Part shown: one piece after another, positions 38,364 to 48,370 of the stretch | How positions within the stretch are numbered: the first letter of the stretch is position 1 | How the letters are laid out: every line of letters starts with the position of its first letter | Origin: Candidatus Zixiibacteriota bacterium | GTDB taxonomy: Bacteria; Zixibacteria; MSB-5A5; GN15; JAAZOE01 | Reading direction: 5' to 3' | DNA: 64,000 nucleotides | Assembly: GCA_036480375.1 (NCBI GenBank) | Contig: JAZGGI010000016.1 | Location: forward strand, 156,806-220,805 | Program-made: the position numbers and the translations under genes | Notes under the pieces: generated by a model | The model's input: the letters and a program-made list of their open reading frames with translations, nothing else | Databases searched by the model: none | Told to the model about the DNA's origin: nothing

Positions 38364-39953
38364 TCAAATACTGTGATAATCCGCGAAGAATTTTGCGTCA
38401 AGACCGCCATCGGTGCTTCGTTCGAGCAAGGCCCGCCAATTATCGCGCGCTCCAAAACGGAATATGTTCTGCACAAGATACTCACGGGTATGTTCATTAT
38501 CCAAAGCGGTGCCGTATTTTTCTTTTAGATAAAAACCGATTTGGGCCGCGATACATTCTCCAATAATTATTTCCGGAATCGAAACCGGGTCATTAACCAA
38601 ACGCGGATTTACAGCCCAGGGACTGATATGGGGATGAAACTGCAATCCCAGGATATCATCGGACAGATTTTCATATATTCGATTAAGATCGGCATAAGGA
38701 TTTCGATATAAGGCACTTTCAAATTTCCCTTCAAGGATCATTCTGCGAATTGAATAGAGCTTCATAAATCCGGAATAATTGTTTATTTCCATAACTAACG
38801 GCTCGGGTAGACCGGGATATTTTCGCAACCAGCCTTCCGTACTCAAATAGCCCGAAAATAACGCGCCTACGGCATATTCAAAACAATCGGCCGGAGCCCG
38901 AGAAAACATATAATCGGCCTGGTATATATTCGATGCGTATATCCCCTGCGATAAATTCGTTACAAGCATCATTAACTCTTCAAAACCGTCGTTTTCGGAA
39001 TATAATATCCTGATATCATTCGGTATGGCTACCGGCAATAACCGAAATTCCGAATCGGATTTTTCATGTGAAAATCTCTTAAAATAAATCGGCAAGCCAT
39101 CAAGATTGAATCCAAGTCCGGCCAGAGTCTTTCGTATTAAGGCTAAATGTGTTGAAGCCGGAAAATACGAATCCCGCGCGATTATGATATTGCGGTAAGC
39201 ATATTCAATATCCCATTCGGATAACTTTTCAATATTTAATGATTTTTTCAAAGAGTCAATTAACTCAAAATACGGATCGGCCGTTATACGGTCAAGATCA
39301 TCAATGATATTCTGCAATTCTATTTTATCAACATCCTTGACAGTCAACATCAAATCGTAATATGAGTTGTAACCCAACTTTTCAACCGCTTGATTACGAT
39401 AACGAGCCAAACGTGCAATTGGATCGCTTAGATTCTTACCGGCTTGATAAATTGCCTGAAACGCCTCTTCTCTCCTGAATCGGTTTGGCTCCGTTCTCAG
39501 GATATTATGAAGAAAATCAAGGGCTACAACCTGGCCTTCAAATGAATAAGAAATATCTCCAAGAAATACCTTAATCGAATCTGCAAGAAATGATGTTGTT
39601 TTATCTGAATCAATCGTTTCACGAGTTATTAAACTCGAAATCAATTCCATTTTTCTTAAATTATTTTTGTCGGTGAGAATATTCGAATACTTTTTTAAGT
39701 TTTTTGATAGAGCTTTGTCGTTGAGTAAATCCTTCCATGTCGATAGATAATAATTGAGAGAATCCAGGTTATTGCCAAATTCCGCCTTCCAGGTATATAT
39801 TGAAATATGACGATTGAGAAATTCCGCGCGAATTTCAAAGTTTTCAATAAATTCCTTCGCTTCCCTTTCGGACACCTGCTCTGTCTGGCACGAATTTAAA
39901 GAAATTAGTAAACAGATCAGGAAAAAACCTAAAGCACACTTTGGAAAAATCAT
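38364..39953 (-). CDS. Lipoprotein of unknown function, possibly an M3-peptidase-like fold lacking HExxH
   Basis: 529 aa with the lipobox LNSC. No HExxH occurs anywhere in the protein. LVTNLSQGIYA sits where M3/PepF enzymes have LxHExGHxxH; this is a weak by-eye resemblance. Confidence 0.4.
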   Translation of the reverse strand: MIFPKCALGFFLICLLISLNSCQTEQVSEREAKEFIENFEIRAEFLNRHISIYTWKAEFGNNLDSLNYYLSTWKDLLNDKALSKNLKKYSNILTDKNNLRKMELISSLITRETIDSDKTTSFLADSIKVFLGDISYSFEGQVVALDFLHNILRTEPNRFRREEAFQAIYQAGKNLSDPIARLARYRNQAVEKLGYNSYYDLMLTVKDVDKIELQNIIDDLDRITADPYFELIDSLKKSLNIEKLSEWDIEYAYRNIIIARDSYFPASTHLALIRKTLAGLGFNLDGLPIYFKRFSHEKSDSEFRLLPVAIPNDIRILYSENDGFEELMMLVTNLSQGIYASNIYQADYMFSRAPADCFEYAVGALFSGYLSTEGWLRKYPGLPEPLVMEINNYSGFMKLYSIRRMILEGKFESALYRNPYADLNRIYENLSDDILGLQFHPHISPWAVNPRLVNDPVSIPEIIIGECIAAQIGFYLKEKYGTALDNEHTREYLVQNIFRFGARDNWRALLERSTDGGLDAKFFADYHSI

Positions 39954-39957
39954 TTTC

Positions 39958-40383
39958 TTAGTCCCTGAAAAATTCCAGCGCCTTAAAATATCCTTCGCTC
40001 CCTAATCCGCTTATTACTTCGGCGCAAATATCTGAAACGACCGATTTTTTTCGCCACTCTTCACGCTTTTGAATGTCGGAAATGTGAACCTCTATTATGG
40101 TGAGCCCGGTTGCGGCCAGACAATCCCGAAGAGAATAACCATAATGCGTCAAGGCTCCGGGATTAATTATTATGCCATCTGAATTTTGGTAATTATCCTG
40201 AATGAAATCGATGAGCGCCCCCTCATGATTACTCTGGTACGGCTCGATTTCAAACCCCATTTCCGCGGCTCCCGCTTTTGCCTTTTCAATAATTTCATTC
40301 AGAGTTTGGGTCCCGTAAATATCCGGTTCCCTTACTCCCAGCATATTCAGGTTCGGCCCGTTTATAAAAAGGATTCGCTTCAT
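39958..40383 (-). CDS. aroQ: Type II 3-dehydroquinate dehydratase
   Basis: 141 aa with INGPNLNMLGVREPDIYG and EVHISD. Confidence 0.92.
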   Translation of the reverse strand: MKRILFINGPNLNMLGVREPDIYGTQTLNEIIEKAKAGAAEMGFEIEPYQSNHEGALIDFIQDNYQNSDGIIINPGALTHYGYSLRDCLAATGLTIIEVHISDIQKREEWRKKSVVSDICAEVISGLGSEGYFKALEFFRD

Positions 40384-41486
40384 CGTCCCGATCGGTTATT
40401 AACATATTCTCGCATAAATCTTATGGCCTCGGATATTTTCTGTTTCGATTTTACCTCGGTGATATGAGGTCGCCCGATATCCTTAAGAAGAACGAAGATT
40501 TGTTTTCCGTTCTCATTCTTTTTATCGACACGCATTGGAGATAAATAAGCGGGAATATCATTTTTCAGGCGATTCAAATGTGATACTAACGGTTCAATCG
40601 CATCAAGAGCTTCGTTCATACTTTTCGAGCGAAGATTACCGGTTGCGTGTGATAGATGAAGAGCTCCAATCATTCCGGCCAGGACTGCCTCGCCGTGACG
40701 ATACCTTCCAAAGCCCTCTACTTTTTCTATTGCATGACCAAAGGTGTGTCCAAAATTAAGAATGCGGCGTAAATCGCTTTCATGCGCATCGCGCGCAACA
40801 ATGGATGCCTTGAATCGCATCGATTTTTTAATCAGCTTTAATAAATTTTTTGTCGGTTTAATAAAGTCATCGGATTTTAATGAAAAGATAGATTTTATAA
40901 ACGGCGGCCCAGATAGAAAACCGGTTTTTATAATTTCCGCGAAGCCATCAATTATTTCTCTGTTTCCCAGAGTTGATAACCAATCGGGGTTAACAATAAC
41001 GGCTTGAGGTTGGAAAAAGGCGCCGATTAAATTTTTTCCAAGGGCATGATTTACGCCGACTTTACCTCCTATCGACGAGTCGACCATGGCCAGAACCGTT
41101 GTTGGCGCCTGAATCAGATTAACACCTCTTTTAAAAGTAGCCGCCGCAAATCCGCCGGTATCTCCGACAATTCCGCCTCCCAGAGTAATGATGGTATCCT
41201 TGCGACTCAATCCAATATCGAAAAAATGATCATATAATTTGTTTATGGTTTGAATTGTCTTGTATTTTTCGCCGTCACCAATCATTATTTTGTGACATTC
41301 TTTACTATGCGGAATAACTTTGTCGATGAATCTCTTCCCATGTAGAGCAAAAACTGTCGGATTCGATATAATAACTATTTTGGCTGATTCTTTTACAAGT
41401 GTAGCGACCTTTTTCCTTGTTGGTGAAAAAATCACCGGATATCGTGTTTCTCCAGCCTTTACAATAAAATTGTCTTTACTTGTCAT
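40380..41486 (-). CDS. aroB: 3-dehydroquinate synthase
   Basis: 368 aa with GGGIVGDTGGFAAATFKRG and GHTFGHAIE. Confidence 0.9.
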   Translation of the reverse strand: MTSKDNFIVKAGETRYPVIFSPTRKKVATLVKESAKIVIISNPTVFALHGKRFIDKVIPHSKECHKIMIGDGEKYKTIQTINKLYDHFFDIGLSRKDTIITLGGGIVGDTGGFAAATFKRGVNLIQAPTTVLAMVDSSIGGKVGVNHALGKNLIGAFFQPQAVIVNPDWLSTLGNREIIDGFAEIIKTGFLSGPPFIKSIFSLKSDDFIKPTKNLLKLIKKSMRFKASIVARDAHESDLRRILNFGHTFGHAIEKVEGFGRYRHGEAVLAGMIGALHLSHATGNLRSKSMNEALDAIEPLVSHLNRLKNDIPAYLSPMRVDKKNENGKQIFVLLKDIGRPHITEVKSKQKISEAIRFMREYVNNRSGR

Positions 41487-42036
41487 CGTTTCCCCAAATA
41501 TTATTTATTTCCCGGGCGATATCTTCACATGATTTATTTTCGGTGTCAATTACCTTATCAGCGCCCAAATAAATTTCTTCTCGCTCATTCAAAAGTTGCT
41601 TTATACGTTCCATCACTTTATTTTCATCCGGTTCCTCGTCTTTATGTAATACTTGTAACATGGGTCGGATGTGACTGTCTTGCAGACGGTTATAAATTGT
41701 CTCAGGCGTTGTTCGCAAGTAAATCAGGTAGCCATTTGATTTAATATATTCCAGCATATACTTGTCATGTATGGCTCCGCCGCCCAGCGCGATAACCTGA
41801 GGTCGATTCATACATGCCATACGAATTGCATCATTTTCGGCGAATCTGAACTTCGCCTCTCCAAATCGCGCAAAAATCTCCGGAATTGTCTTGCCCATAT
41901 GTTCCTCAATAACCGAATCTGTATCAGTGAAGGCATAATTGAGTTTTTGAGCAAGATTTTCTCCCATTTCCGTTTTTCCGGAACCAGAAAATCCGCAGAG
42001 AAAAATTATTTCCGGTTTATTACCTCTCGTACCCAT
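41476..42036 (-). CDS. aroK: Shikimate kinase
   Basis: 186 aa with a GFSGSGKT P-loop. Confidence 0.85.
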   Translation of the reverse strand: MGTRGNKPEIIFLCGFSGSGKTEMGENLAQKLNYAFTDTDSVIEEHMGKTIPEIFARFGEAKFRFAENDAIRMACMNRPQVIALGGGAIHDKYMLEYIKSNGYLIYLRTTPETIYNRLQDSHIRPMLQVLHKDEEPDENKVMERIKQLLNEREEIYLGADKVIDTENKSCEDIAREINNIWGNDDK

Positions 42037-42037
42037 A

Positions 42038-42886
42038 TTAAACCTGCTCTTCCTGAGTTAGAAGTAAATCCTGTGTGAATTTATCCACGGAAATATCATC
42101 CCCGCTCCAGATCTTATACGATTCGACCGCTTGCCTGACAAGCATCGGATAACCGTTTACCACTTGCCACCCCGATTCGGCCGCTTTCGATAATAATAAA
42201 GTTCTGGCAGGAATGTAAATCAAATCATAACAAATTCCGCATCCGTTAAATTCGAAATCTTCAGGTAGTGGAAATTCATTTCTGTGATTTATATCTCCGC
42301 ATGGCGAACAGTTTACGATCAAATCATATTCAACGCTTCGATTTAATTGAGTTACGACTGAATACAAAATTTTCAACTCCAATCCGACGTAACTAAAATA
42401 CCGATTTAACAATTTATCTGAATCAAGATTTTTGCGGCCGCATACGGTGATACTTTCTATCTTAAAATTTTTAATTAATGCGCAAATAATGGCGCGAGCC
42501 GCTCCTCCATAGCCAATAATTAATATATTCTGTAATTCTTTATCAAGAATTAGTCTTTTCAGACCATAAATAAATCCATCACCATCAGTATTAAATCCAA
42601 CGAATCGCGAATTTTCTACTTTGACTGAATTAACCGCCTGTATAGTGCGGGCTGAATCGGAAATTTCGTCACTGTATTCAAGCATCTTTTCTTTGAATGG
42701 AATCGTTACCGAAAACCCATTTAGCTCGCGCAATAGAGGCAAATGCTTATCAAATTCTTTTTCAGGAAAATCATAAACGGTGAATTCACCTTCAATCTGC
42801 CTGCACGTGAAGATAGAATTAAAAATCTTTGGTGATTGAGAATACGAGATATTATGCCCTATGATACCGAAATTTAATTTTGTCAT
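42038..42886 (-). CDS. aroE: Shikimate 5-dehydrogenase
   Basis: 282 aa with SVTIPFK, GFNTDG and GYGGAARA. Confidence 0.88.
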   Translation of the reverse strand: MTKLNFGIIGHNISYSQSPKIFNSIFTCRQIEGEFTVYDFPEKEFDKHLPLLRELNGFSVTIPFKEKMLEYSDEISDSARTIQAVNSVKVENSRFVGFNTDGDGFIYGLKRLILDKELQNILIIGYGGAARAIICALIKNFKIESITVCGRKNLDSDKLLNRYFSYVGLELKILYSVVTQLNRSVEYDLIVNCSPCGDINHRNEFPLPEDFEFNGCGICYDLIYIPARTLLLSKAAESGWQVVNGYPMLVRQAVESYKIWSGDDISVDKFTQDLLLTQEEQV

Positions 42887-44244
42887 TTAATCCGCAATCC
42901 GTCTAATAGAGTAAAAAATTTCGGACACGAGATTGATACCACATCGCTGTTATTGATAACAGTTTGGCCGTGAGCGGTTATACCGGCCACAGCAAACGCC
43001 ATTGCGATCCGATGATCGCCGAAAGAATCGATCTCGGCTCCTTCCAGTTCATCCGTTCCTTCAATCGCCATTCCATCCGGGAACTCACCCACCTTGACCC
43101 CCATCGCGGCAAGATTATTGCATACCGCTTTTATCCGGTCTGATTCTTTATGGCGCAGTTCCTCTGCGTCTCGGATAATGGTGGTCCCTTCAATATTCGC
43201 TGCCATCACTGCCAGAATGGGTATTTCGTCAATCAATCCGGGAATAATGTTTCCTGATATTTTGCGCGGTTTTAATTTACTGTAAAATACTTCAATATCA
43301 CCGATCGGTTCTCCCGAAATCTCACGGCGATTTTTAATATTTATCCGCGCTCCCATCTGCTTGAGGATTTTCACTAATCCCATACGCGTGTTGTTGACAC
43401 CAATATCCTTGATTATCAGATGACTATCTTTAACAAGCAATGCCGCCGCGATAAAGAATGCCGCCGTTGATATATCGCCCGGGACATTGATTTCGCCGCC
43501 CGAAATTCTCGAATTCTTTCCCAAAAAAATAGAGCGTTTATAAGCGTCCGTTGAAAGCACTTTTTTCTTTTTACGGGGATCGACCGGGTCCGGAACAATA
43601 TTCATTTTGACATCCTCAATCCGCAAATCGCCGTCCAAATATGAAATCATTCTTTCTGTGTGATCCCGCGTCAACGATCTCTCACGAATAATCACGTCGG
43701 TTTTCGAAGCCAAACCGGCCAAAATTAAAGCTGATTTTACCTGGGCCGAAGCTACCGGAAGAGTATAGTCGATTGGAATTATCGTTCCGGGAGATATCCG
43801 TATCGGCGCGGTATTGTCCTCGGATATTTCTATTTCGGCGTTCATAAGGCGCAATGGTTCGGCGATTCTTCCCATTGGGCGGGACGATAATGAATCATCG
43901 CCGATCAAAGTTGCGCTAATTGACGCGCCCGATAACAGTCCTGCCAGAAGACGCATAGTCGTCCCTGAGTTGCCGCAGTTGATTGGCTCGAAGGGAGATT
44001 TCATCCCTTCGTCGGGTGGCGGAGATATAATTAACGAATCTCCTTCATTGTGAATCTGACCGCCGAGAGATTTAACGGCGTTTAACGTATTTTGACAATC
44101 GGCGGCATCGGAATAATTAGTTACCGTTAGAGGATTTTCGCATAGCAAAGATAACAGAGCCGCGCGATGCGATATCGATTTATCACCGGGCAGGCTGATG
44201 GCGCCCTGCAATTTATTCGCCTTTTTTATAATCGTTTCACTCAT
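42883..44244 (-). CDS. aroA: 3-phosphoshikimate 1-carboxyvinyltransferase (EPSP synthase)
   Basis: It has the LPGDKSISHR motif. I prefer the start ATG 44242-44244 (MSETIIKK...), which avoids overlap with argS. The track start TTG 44280 is also possible. Confidence 0.9.
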   Translation of the reverse strand: MSETIIKKANKLQGAISLPGDKSISHRAALLSLLCENPLTVTNYSDAADCQNTLNAVKSLGGQIHNEGDSLIISPPPDEGMKSPFEPINCGNSGTTMRLLAGLLSGASISATLIGDDSLSSRPMGRIAEPLRLMNAEIEISEDNTAPIRISPGTIIPIDYTLPVASAQVKSALILAGLASKTDVIIRERSLTRDHTERMISYLDGDLRIEDVKMNIVPDPVDPRKKKKVLSTDAYKRSIFLGKNSRISGGEINVPGDISTAAFFIAAALLVKDSHLIIKDIGVNNTRMGLVKILKQMGARINIKNRREISGEPIGDIEVFYSKLKPRKISGNIIPGLIDEIPILAVMAANIEGTTIIRDAEELRHKESDRIKAVCNNLAAMGVKVGEFPDGMAIEGTDELEGAEIDSFGDHRIAMAFAVAGITAHGQTVINNSDVVSISCPKFFTLLDGLRIK

Positions 44245-44257
44245 CAAAAAAACCCGT

Positions 44258-46045
44258 TTACATTTCATCGGGCGCTTCAATGCCCAATAAATACAGTCCT
44301 TCTTTTAAGACAATTCGAACGCAATCAACCAAAAGCATCCTGGAGGCTGTTTCATCCGGTGCGGAATCGTCGATTATTTTTATTAATCGTCCCGACTCAC
44401 CCTTACGCTGATAAAAACGATTAAAGACCGTCGCTAATCCTATTAGATATTCGGCTATGAAATTAGGTTCGTATTTATCTGCCGCCAACTCGACTATCTC
44501 GCCGAAGCGGTATAAATGCAAGGCAAGGGCCTTCTCTTCTCGAGATATATATTTTGAATAATCCACATTGGCGGTAATATCTTTTCCATATTTACGCTTC
44601 AAAGCGCATAATCGGGCGTGAGTGTACTGGAGATACGGTCCCGTTTCCCCTTCGAAGTTTAATACTTCTTCCCATGAAAAATTCACATCTTTGTGTCTCT
44701 TAACACCCAAATCGGCAAATATTACGGCTCCGATTCCAACCTGCCTCGCGGTTTGCTCCAGATTGGGTAAATCCGGATTTTTCTCCATCATGATTTTCTT
44801 AACGCGATCTTCGGCCGTATCGATAACATCATCAAGGAATATTATATTACCTTTCCGAGTCGACATTGCCTGGTCTTTGAAACGAATCCAACCGAATTCC
44901 ACATGAACCAAATTTCGGGCAAAACTTTCGCCCAGCATTTCCACGACTTTGAAAACCTGTTTAAAATGATCCTGCTGCGCGGAGCCGACTACATAAAGAG
45001 CCTTTTCGAATTTATATGTATCATGTCGATAAAATATCCCGGCTAAATCACGGGTTGCATATAATGTTGCCCCATCCCCTTTCCTGAGAAGACAAGGATT
45101 TAGGCCATGTTCGGATAAATCGACAATCAAAGCCCCTTGGGATTCCGAAGTTAATCCCGCCTGAGATAATCTTTCAATAACGGCATCCATTTTATCGTTA
45201 TAAAACGACTCGCCGGTATAATGGTCAAAGTACACGCCGAGTAAATCATAAATTCGTTTGAATTCCATTAATGAATAATCTTTAAATCCTTGCCATAGAA
45301 TGATTGCCTCATCATCTCCATCTTCAAGCTTCTTAAACCAATCTCTGGCTTCCTCTTCAAGTCCTATGTCTATACCTGAGGCATCTTCCATTGCCTCTTG
45401 CTCATGAAATTTAACATAAAGATCGTACAAATATTTTATAGGATTATTATTAAGTTCAACCTTGTTGCCCCATCGTCTATATGCGGTAATCAATTTCCCA
45501 AATTGAGTTCCCCAGTCTCCGAGGTGATTTATGCCGATTACTTTATATCCGAGTTTTTCATAAAGCCGATATAACGAATTTCCGATCGCGGTTGACCTTA
45601 GATGGCCGACTCCGAAAGGTTTGGCGATATTGGGAGACGAGAAATCGATAACGACAGATTTTCCATTTCCAATTTGCTGACTCGCGTAATTTTTTCTCTG
45701 AGAAAAAATCTCGGGCAGGATTTCACTCGCTGTTTCTTCCGGCGAAAGATTGAGATTAATATATGGACCGGCTAATGAAAATCGGGAGCTATCAAGATTC
45801 CGGAAAATCAGATTCGCGATTTCCGGAGGTTTTTTCTTTAACACCTTTGCGAGAATAAAGGTGGGAAACGCGTAGTCGCCCATTTTGGCATCCCTGGGGA
45901 TTTCCAATTTAGAAGCGAAAAAGTCGGCCAAATCCGAATCTTTGATATTCAGACTTTCTCCAATCGCGGAGATACTCTCCGGGAATGCCTTGCGCGTCGC
46001 CTCTGCCAATTGCTCAGCCGCATTAATCTTAAAAATATTATCCAT
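44258..46045 (-). CDS. argS: Arginyl-tRNA synthetase
   Basis: 595 aa with SPNIAKPFGVGHLRS and an MSTRKG region. Confidence 0.93.
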   Translation of the reverse strand: MDNIFKINAAEQLAEATRKAFPESISAIGESLNIKDSDLADFFASKLEIPRDAKMGDYAFPTFILAKVLKKKPPEIANLIFRNLDSSRFSLAGPYINLNLSPEETASEILPEIFSQRKNYASQQIGNGKSVVIDFSSPNIAKPFGVGHLRSTAIGNSLYRLYEKLGYKVIGINHLGDWGTQFGKLITAYRRWGNKVELNNNPIKYLYDLYVKFHEQEAMEDASGIDIGLEEEARDWFKKLEDGDDEAIILWQGFKDYSLMEFKRIYDLLGVYFDHYTGESFYNDKMDAVIERLSQAGLTSESQGALIVDLSEHGLNPCLLRKGDGATLYATRDLAGIFYRHDTYKFEKALYVVGSAQQDHFKQVFKVVEMLGESFARNLVHVEFGWIRFKDQAMSTRKGNIIFLDDVIDTAEDRVKKIMMEKNPDLPNLEQTARQVGIGAVIFADLGVKRHKDVNFSWEEVLNFEGETGPYLQYTHARLCALKRKYGKDITANVDYSKYISREEKALALHLYRFGEIVELAADKYEPNFIAEYLIGLATVFNRFYQRKGESGRLIKIIDDSAPDETASRMLLVDCVRIVLKEGLYLLGIEAPDEM

Positions 46046-46140
46046 ATTTTCTCAGTTAATCTCCAATGCCCCCAAATCTAAATAAGCGATTATCCGGGCG
46101 CAACAATTTTCCTTGAATATCTTTTTTGGGGAGACGAGAT

Positions 46141-47421
46141 TCAAGCCGTTGATTTGAATTCCGATTTCACGGTTACGCCGTTTAACGTGAATTTTTCGGC
46201 TTTTCGGAAAAACATATAGTACATAACCGAAGAAATGACATAAAGTATAACGGCAATCACCAGTGATTGAGTATAACCATGCGTTTCAATAACCATACCC
46301 CCGATTTTAGTGGAAATCATCCAGGAGGATGTCCAGGCAAACATCAATAGCGCGTTCATAATTGCGTGCATCGATTTGGGAACCATCTCCATTGCGAAAT
46401 TATTGCCGATGGGGTGTCCCAGATTCATCAGCGCGCCTCGAATTAAAAAGGCTGCAATGACTAAAGGAAAATAATAGCTGAAAGCAAGAATCAACATAAA
46501 TGGAATAGATAATAACTGAGTATAAACCATAGTTCGCACCATTCCGATTTTCTTTACCATGATCGGTCCGGCCATGACGCCGATGAACATTGTTAAATGT
46601 GCCAATCCAAAAAACAAACCGATTTCATCGGGATCCTGACTGAAACGGTCGCGGAAAAATATATTTAAAAAAGGAATAATCATCCCGGCCCCGGTTCCTA
46701 CTATAAAATACGGCGCGGCCAATTTAAGAAATAGCCCTTTAAACGGCGCAAAGGTTTTAAGAGAAAATTCGAGACGGTCTTCCAGCGGTATTTGTTTTGG
46801 CATTTTAATTATTGTGAAGGGAATCAAAGCCAGAAGCGAGAGAAGTACTCCGACCGCCAGGGAAAAGCGATGGGCCTGCACCGAATCATACGCTAAACTA
46901 CCTGCCAGGAATTCAACCAAACCTCCGAATATAAACGATCCAATCACTCCGGCAATAACCGCGATCCCAAACGAAAGCGAAAACAAATACGGCCGTTCCC
47001 TCGGACCTGAATTCCTCATAAAAAAAGGAGCTGACGCGATGCGATAAAACGTCATAGCTGCGCCGGCGAAAAAGTACGCTACCTTTATGGCCCATAGTTG
47101 CTGCGCGTAAACCGTAATTAATCCGAAAATCACAAACAATATCGTAGATATCAATAGAATGGGCTTAAGGCGTACACGCGAGATAAGGAATGCTCCCGGA
47201 ATCGAGATGCAAACCATTCCAAGAGCGCCGGATGAAAGGACGCTCCCGATATCGGCTTCTCCGAAGCCTCTCTCCCTCAAATACAGATTAAGCAAGAGCA
47301 TCAGAGAAGAAAATGTCATGCTTATGAAAAATGATCCGAGAAGATATTTTCGGGCGTTTGGGGTCAGTTGCCGCAAATCCTGAAAATAATTTATAGTGCC
47401 CTTTTTAATTCTTGCTAACAT
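46141..47421 (-). CDS. MFS transporter
   Basis: 426 aa, about 12 TM helices. Confidence 0.75.
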   Translation of the reverse strand: MLARIKKGTINYFQDLRQLTPNARKYLLGSFFISMTFSSLMLLLNLYLRERGFGEADIGSVLSSGALGMVCISIPGAFLISRVRLKPILLISTILFVIFGLITVYAQQLWAIKVAYFFAGAAMTFYRIASAPFFMRNSGPRERPYLFSLSFGIAVIAGVIGSFIFGGLVEFLAGSLAYDSVQAHRFSLAVGVLLSLLALIPFTIIKMPKQIPLEDRLEFSLKTFAPFKGLFLKLAAPYFIVGTGAGMIIPFLNIFFRDRFSQDPDEIGLFFGLAHLTMFIGVMAGPIMVKKIGMVRTMVYTQLLSIPFMLILAFSYYFPLVIAAFLIRGALMNLGHPIGNNFAMEMVPKSMHAIMNALLMFAWTSSWMISTKIGGMVIETHGYTQSLVIAVILYVISSVMYYMFFRKAEKFTLNGVTVKSEFKSTA

Positions 47422-47441
47422 CTTAAAATCTAAACTCAGAA

Positions 47442-48290
47442 TTAAGTATCATATTCTCCTGAAAATATAAATTCGATAGGCCCTTTAATAGAGAGTTCAT
47501 CCGATTTACTATCCCAGTAAACCCGCAAAATTCCAGCCTGGGAATGAACACTGACTTTTCGATCCGTAAATCCTCGCATGACCGAAATCGCCACGGCCGC
47601 GGCCGCTCCGGTTCCGGATGAATCGGTCGGGCCGACGCCTCGCTCAAAATCTCGAATATCAATATTTTTGTCGTCGATAACTTTGACAAAGCCAACATTG
47701 ACACGATTGGGAAACATGGGATGAGATTCAAGCTCCGAGCCAATGGTTTGCCAATCGAAATCAAAATCATCGCAAAATAGAATTAAGTGAGGATTTCCCA
47801 CCGAAACGGCTGAAGTAATATAGGCTCTATTGAAACAATGAATTGTCTGACTTATGAAGAATTTTTTATCGGATGCCACCGGTATTTTTTTTGTATTAAA
47901 ATCAGGTACGCCCAAGGAAGCCGAGATAACTCGCTTTTGCTCATTACCCGCATATAGCTTAATTTGAGACTGCCCGGAACCGGTAATTAAATCCAGTGAG
48001 TTTCCGGATATAAGACCGGAATTTGTCAGATACATGGCAGCGATTCGCGAACCATTGCCTGACTTTTCGGCCCAGCTGCCATCGGCATTATAAATATCAA
48101 CGCGATAAACCCCGGGTTCTCCTGATAATACTAATAAACCGTCGGCGCCGATCCCGTGTGTCGGATCACAAATATCCCTTGCCAAATTTTCGAATTTTCT
48201 GGATTTACCATGAACACAAATTTCATCTAAAACGATAAAGTTGTTCCCCAGGGCCTGATATTTTGAAAACGACTTTATCATATTCGCCAA
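47442..48290 (-). CDS. Diaminopimelate epimerase homolog with Ser at both catalytic Cys positions
   Basis: 282 aa, colinear with E. coli DapF as I recall it (FSK..LGN.F.V.D, GNPH, LESH..FP.R.N.GF, ERG.G.T). However, it reads NADGSWAEKSGNGSR and PTDSSGTGAAA where canonical DapF has CGNG and ACG(S/T)G. Confidence 0.7.
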   Translation of the reverse strand: MANMIKSFSKYQALGNNFIVLDEICVHGKSRKFENLARDICDPTHGIGADGLLVLSGEPGVYRVDIYNADGSWAEKSGNGSRIAAMYLTNSGLISGNSLDLITGSGQSQIKLYAGNEQKRVISASLGVPDFNTKKIPVASDKKFFISQTIHCFNRAYITSAVSVGNPHLILFCDDFDFDWQTIGSELESHPMFPNRVNVGFVKVIDDKNIDIRDFERGVGPTDSSGTGAAAAVAISVMRGFTDRKVSVHSQAGILRVYWDSKSDELSIKGPIEFIFSGEYDT

Positions 48291-48320
48291 TAATAGTGAT
48301 CAAAGTGCACTTTGCATACA

Positions 48321-48350
48321 AAAAAACCCGCCGGATAACGGGTTTTTTTA
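48321..48350 (-). terminator. Bidirectional-type terminator after the LysN-like aminotransferase gene
   Basis: AAAAAACCCG-ccggataa-CGGGTTTTTTT. Confidence 0.65.
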
Positions 48351-48370
48351 CAAATCTAAGTTGCCGGGCT

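Noticed and set aside
44245-44280. N-terminal extension of aroA (MKRPMKCKRVFL) overlapping argS
   Set aside because: The EPSP synthase family alignment begins near MSETIIKK. The extension starts at a TTG inside argS and is basic and atypical. I keep it only as an alternative start.
47423-47770. 115-aa minus-strand ORF overlapping the 3-prime part of the dapF-like gene
   Set aside because: It is out of frame inside a gene with clear family colinearity, and it has no independent start signals.
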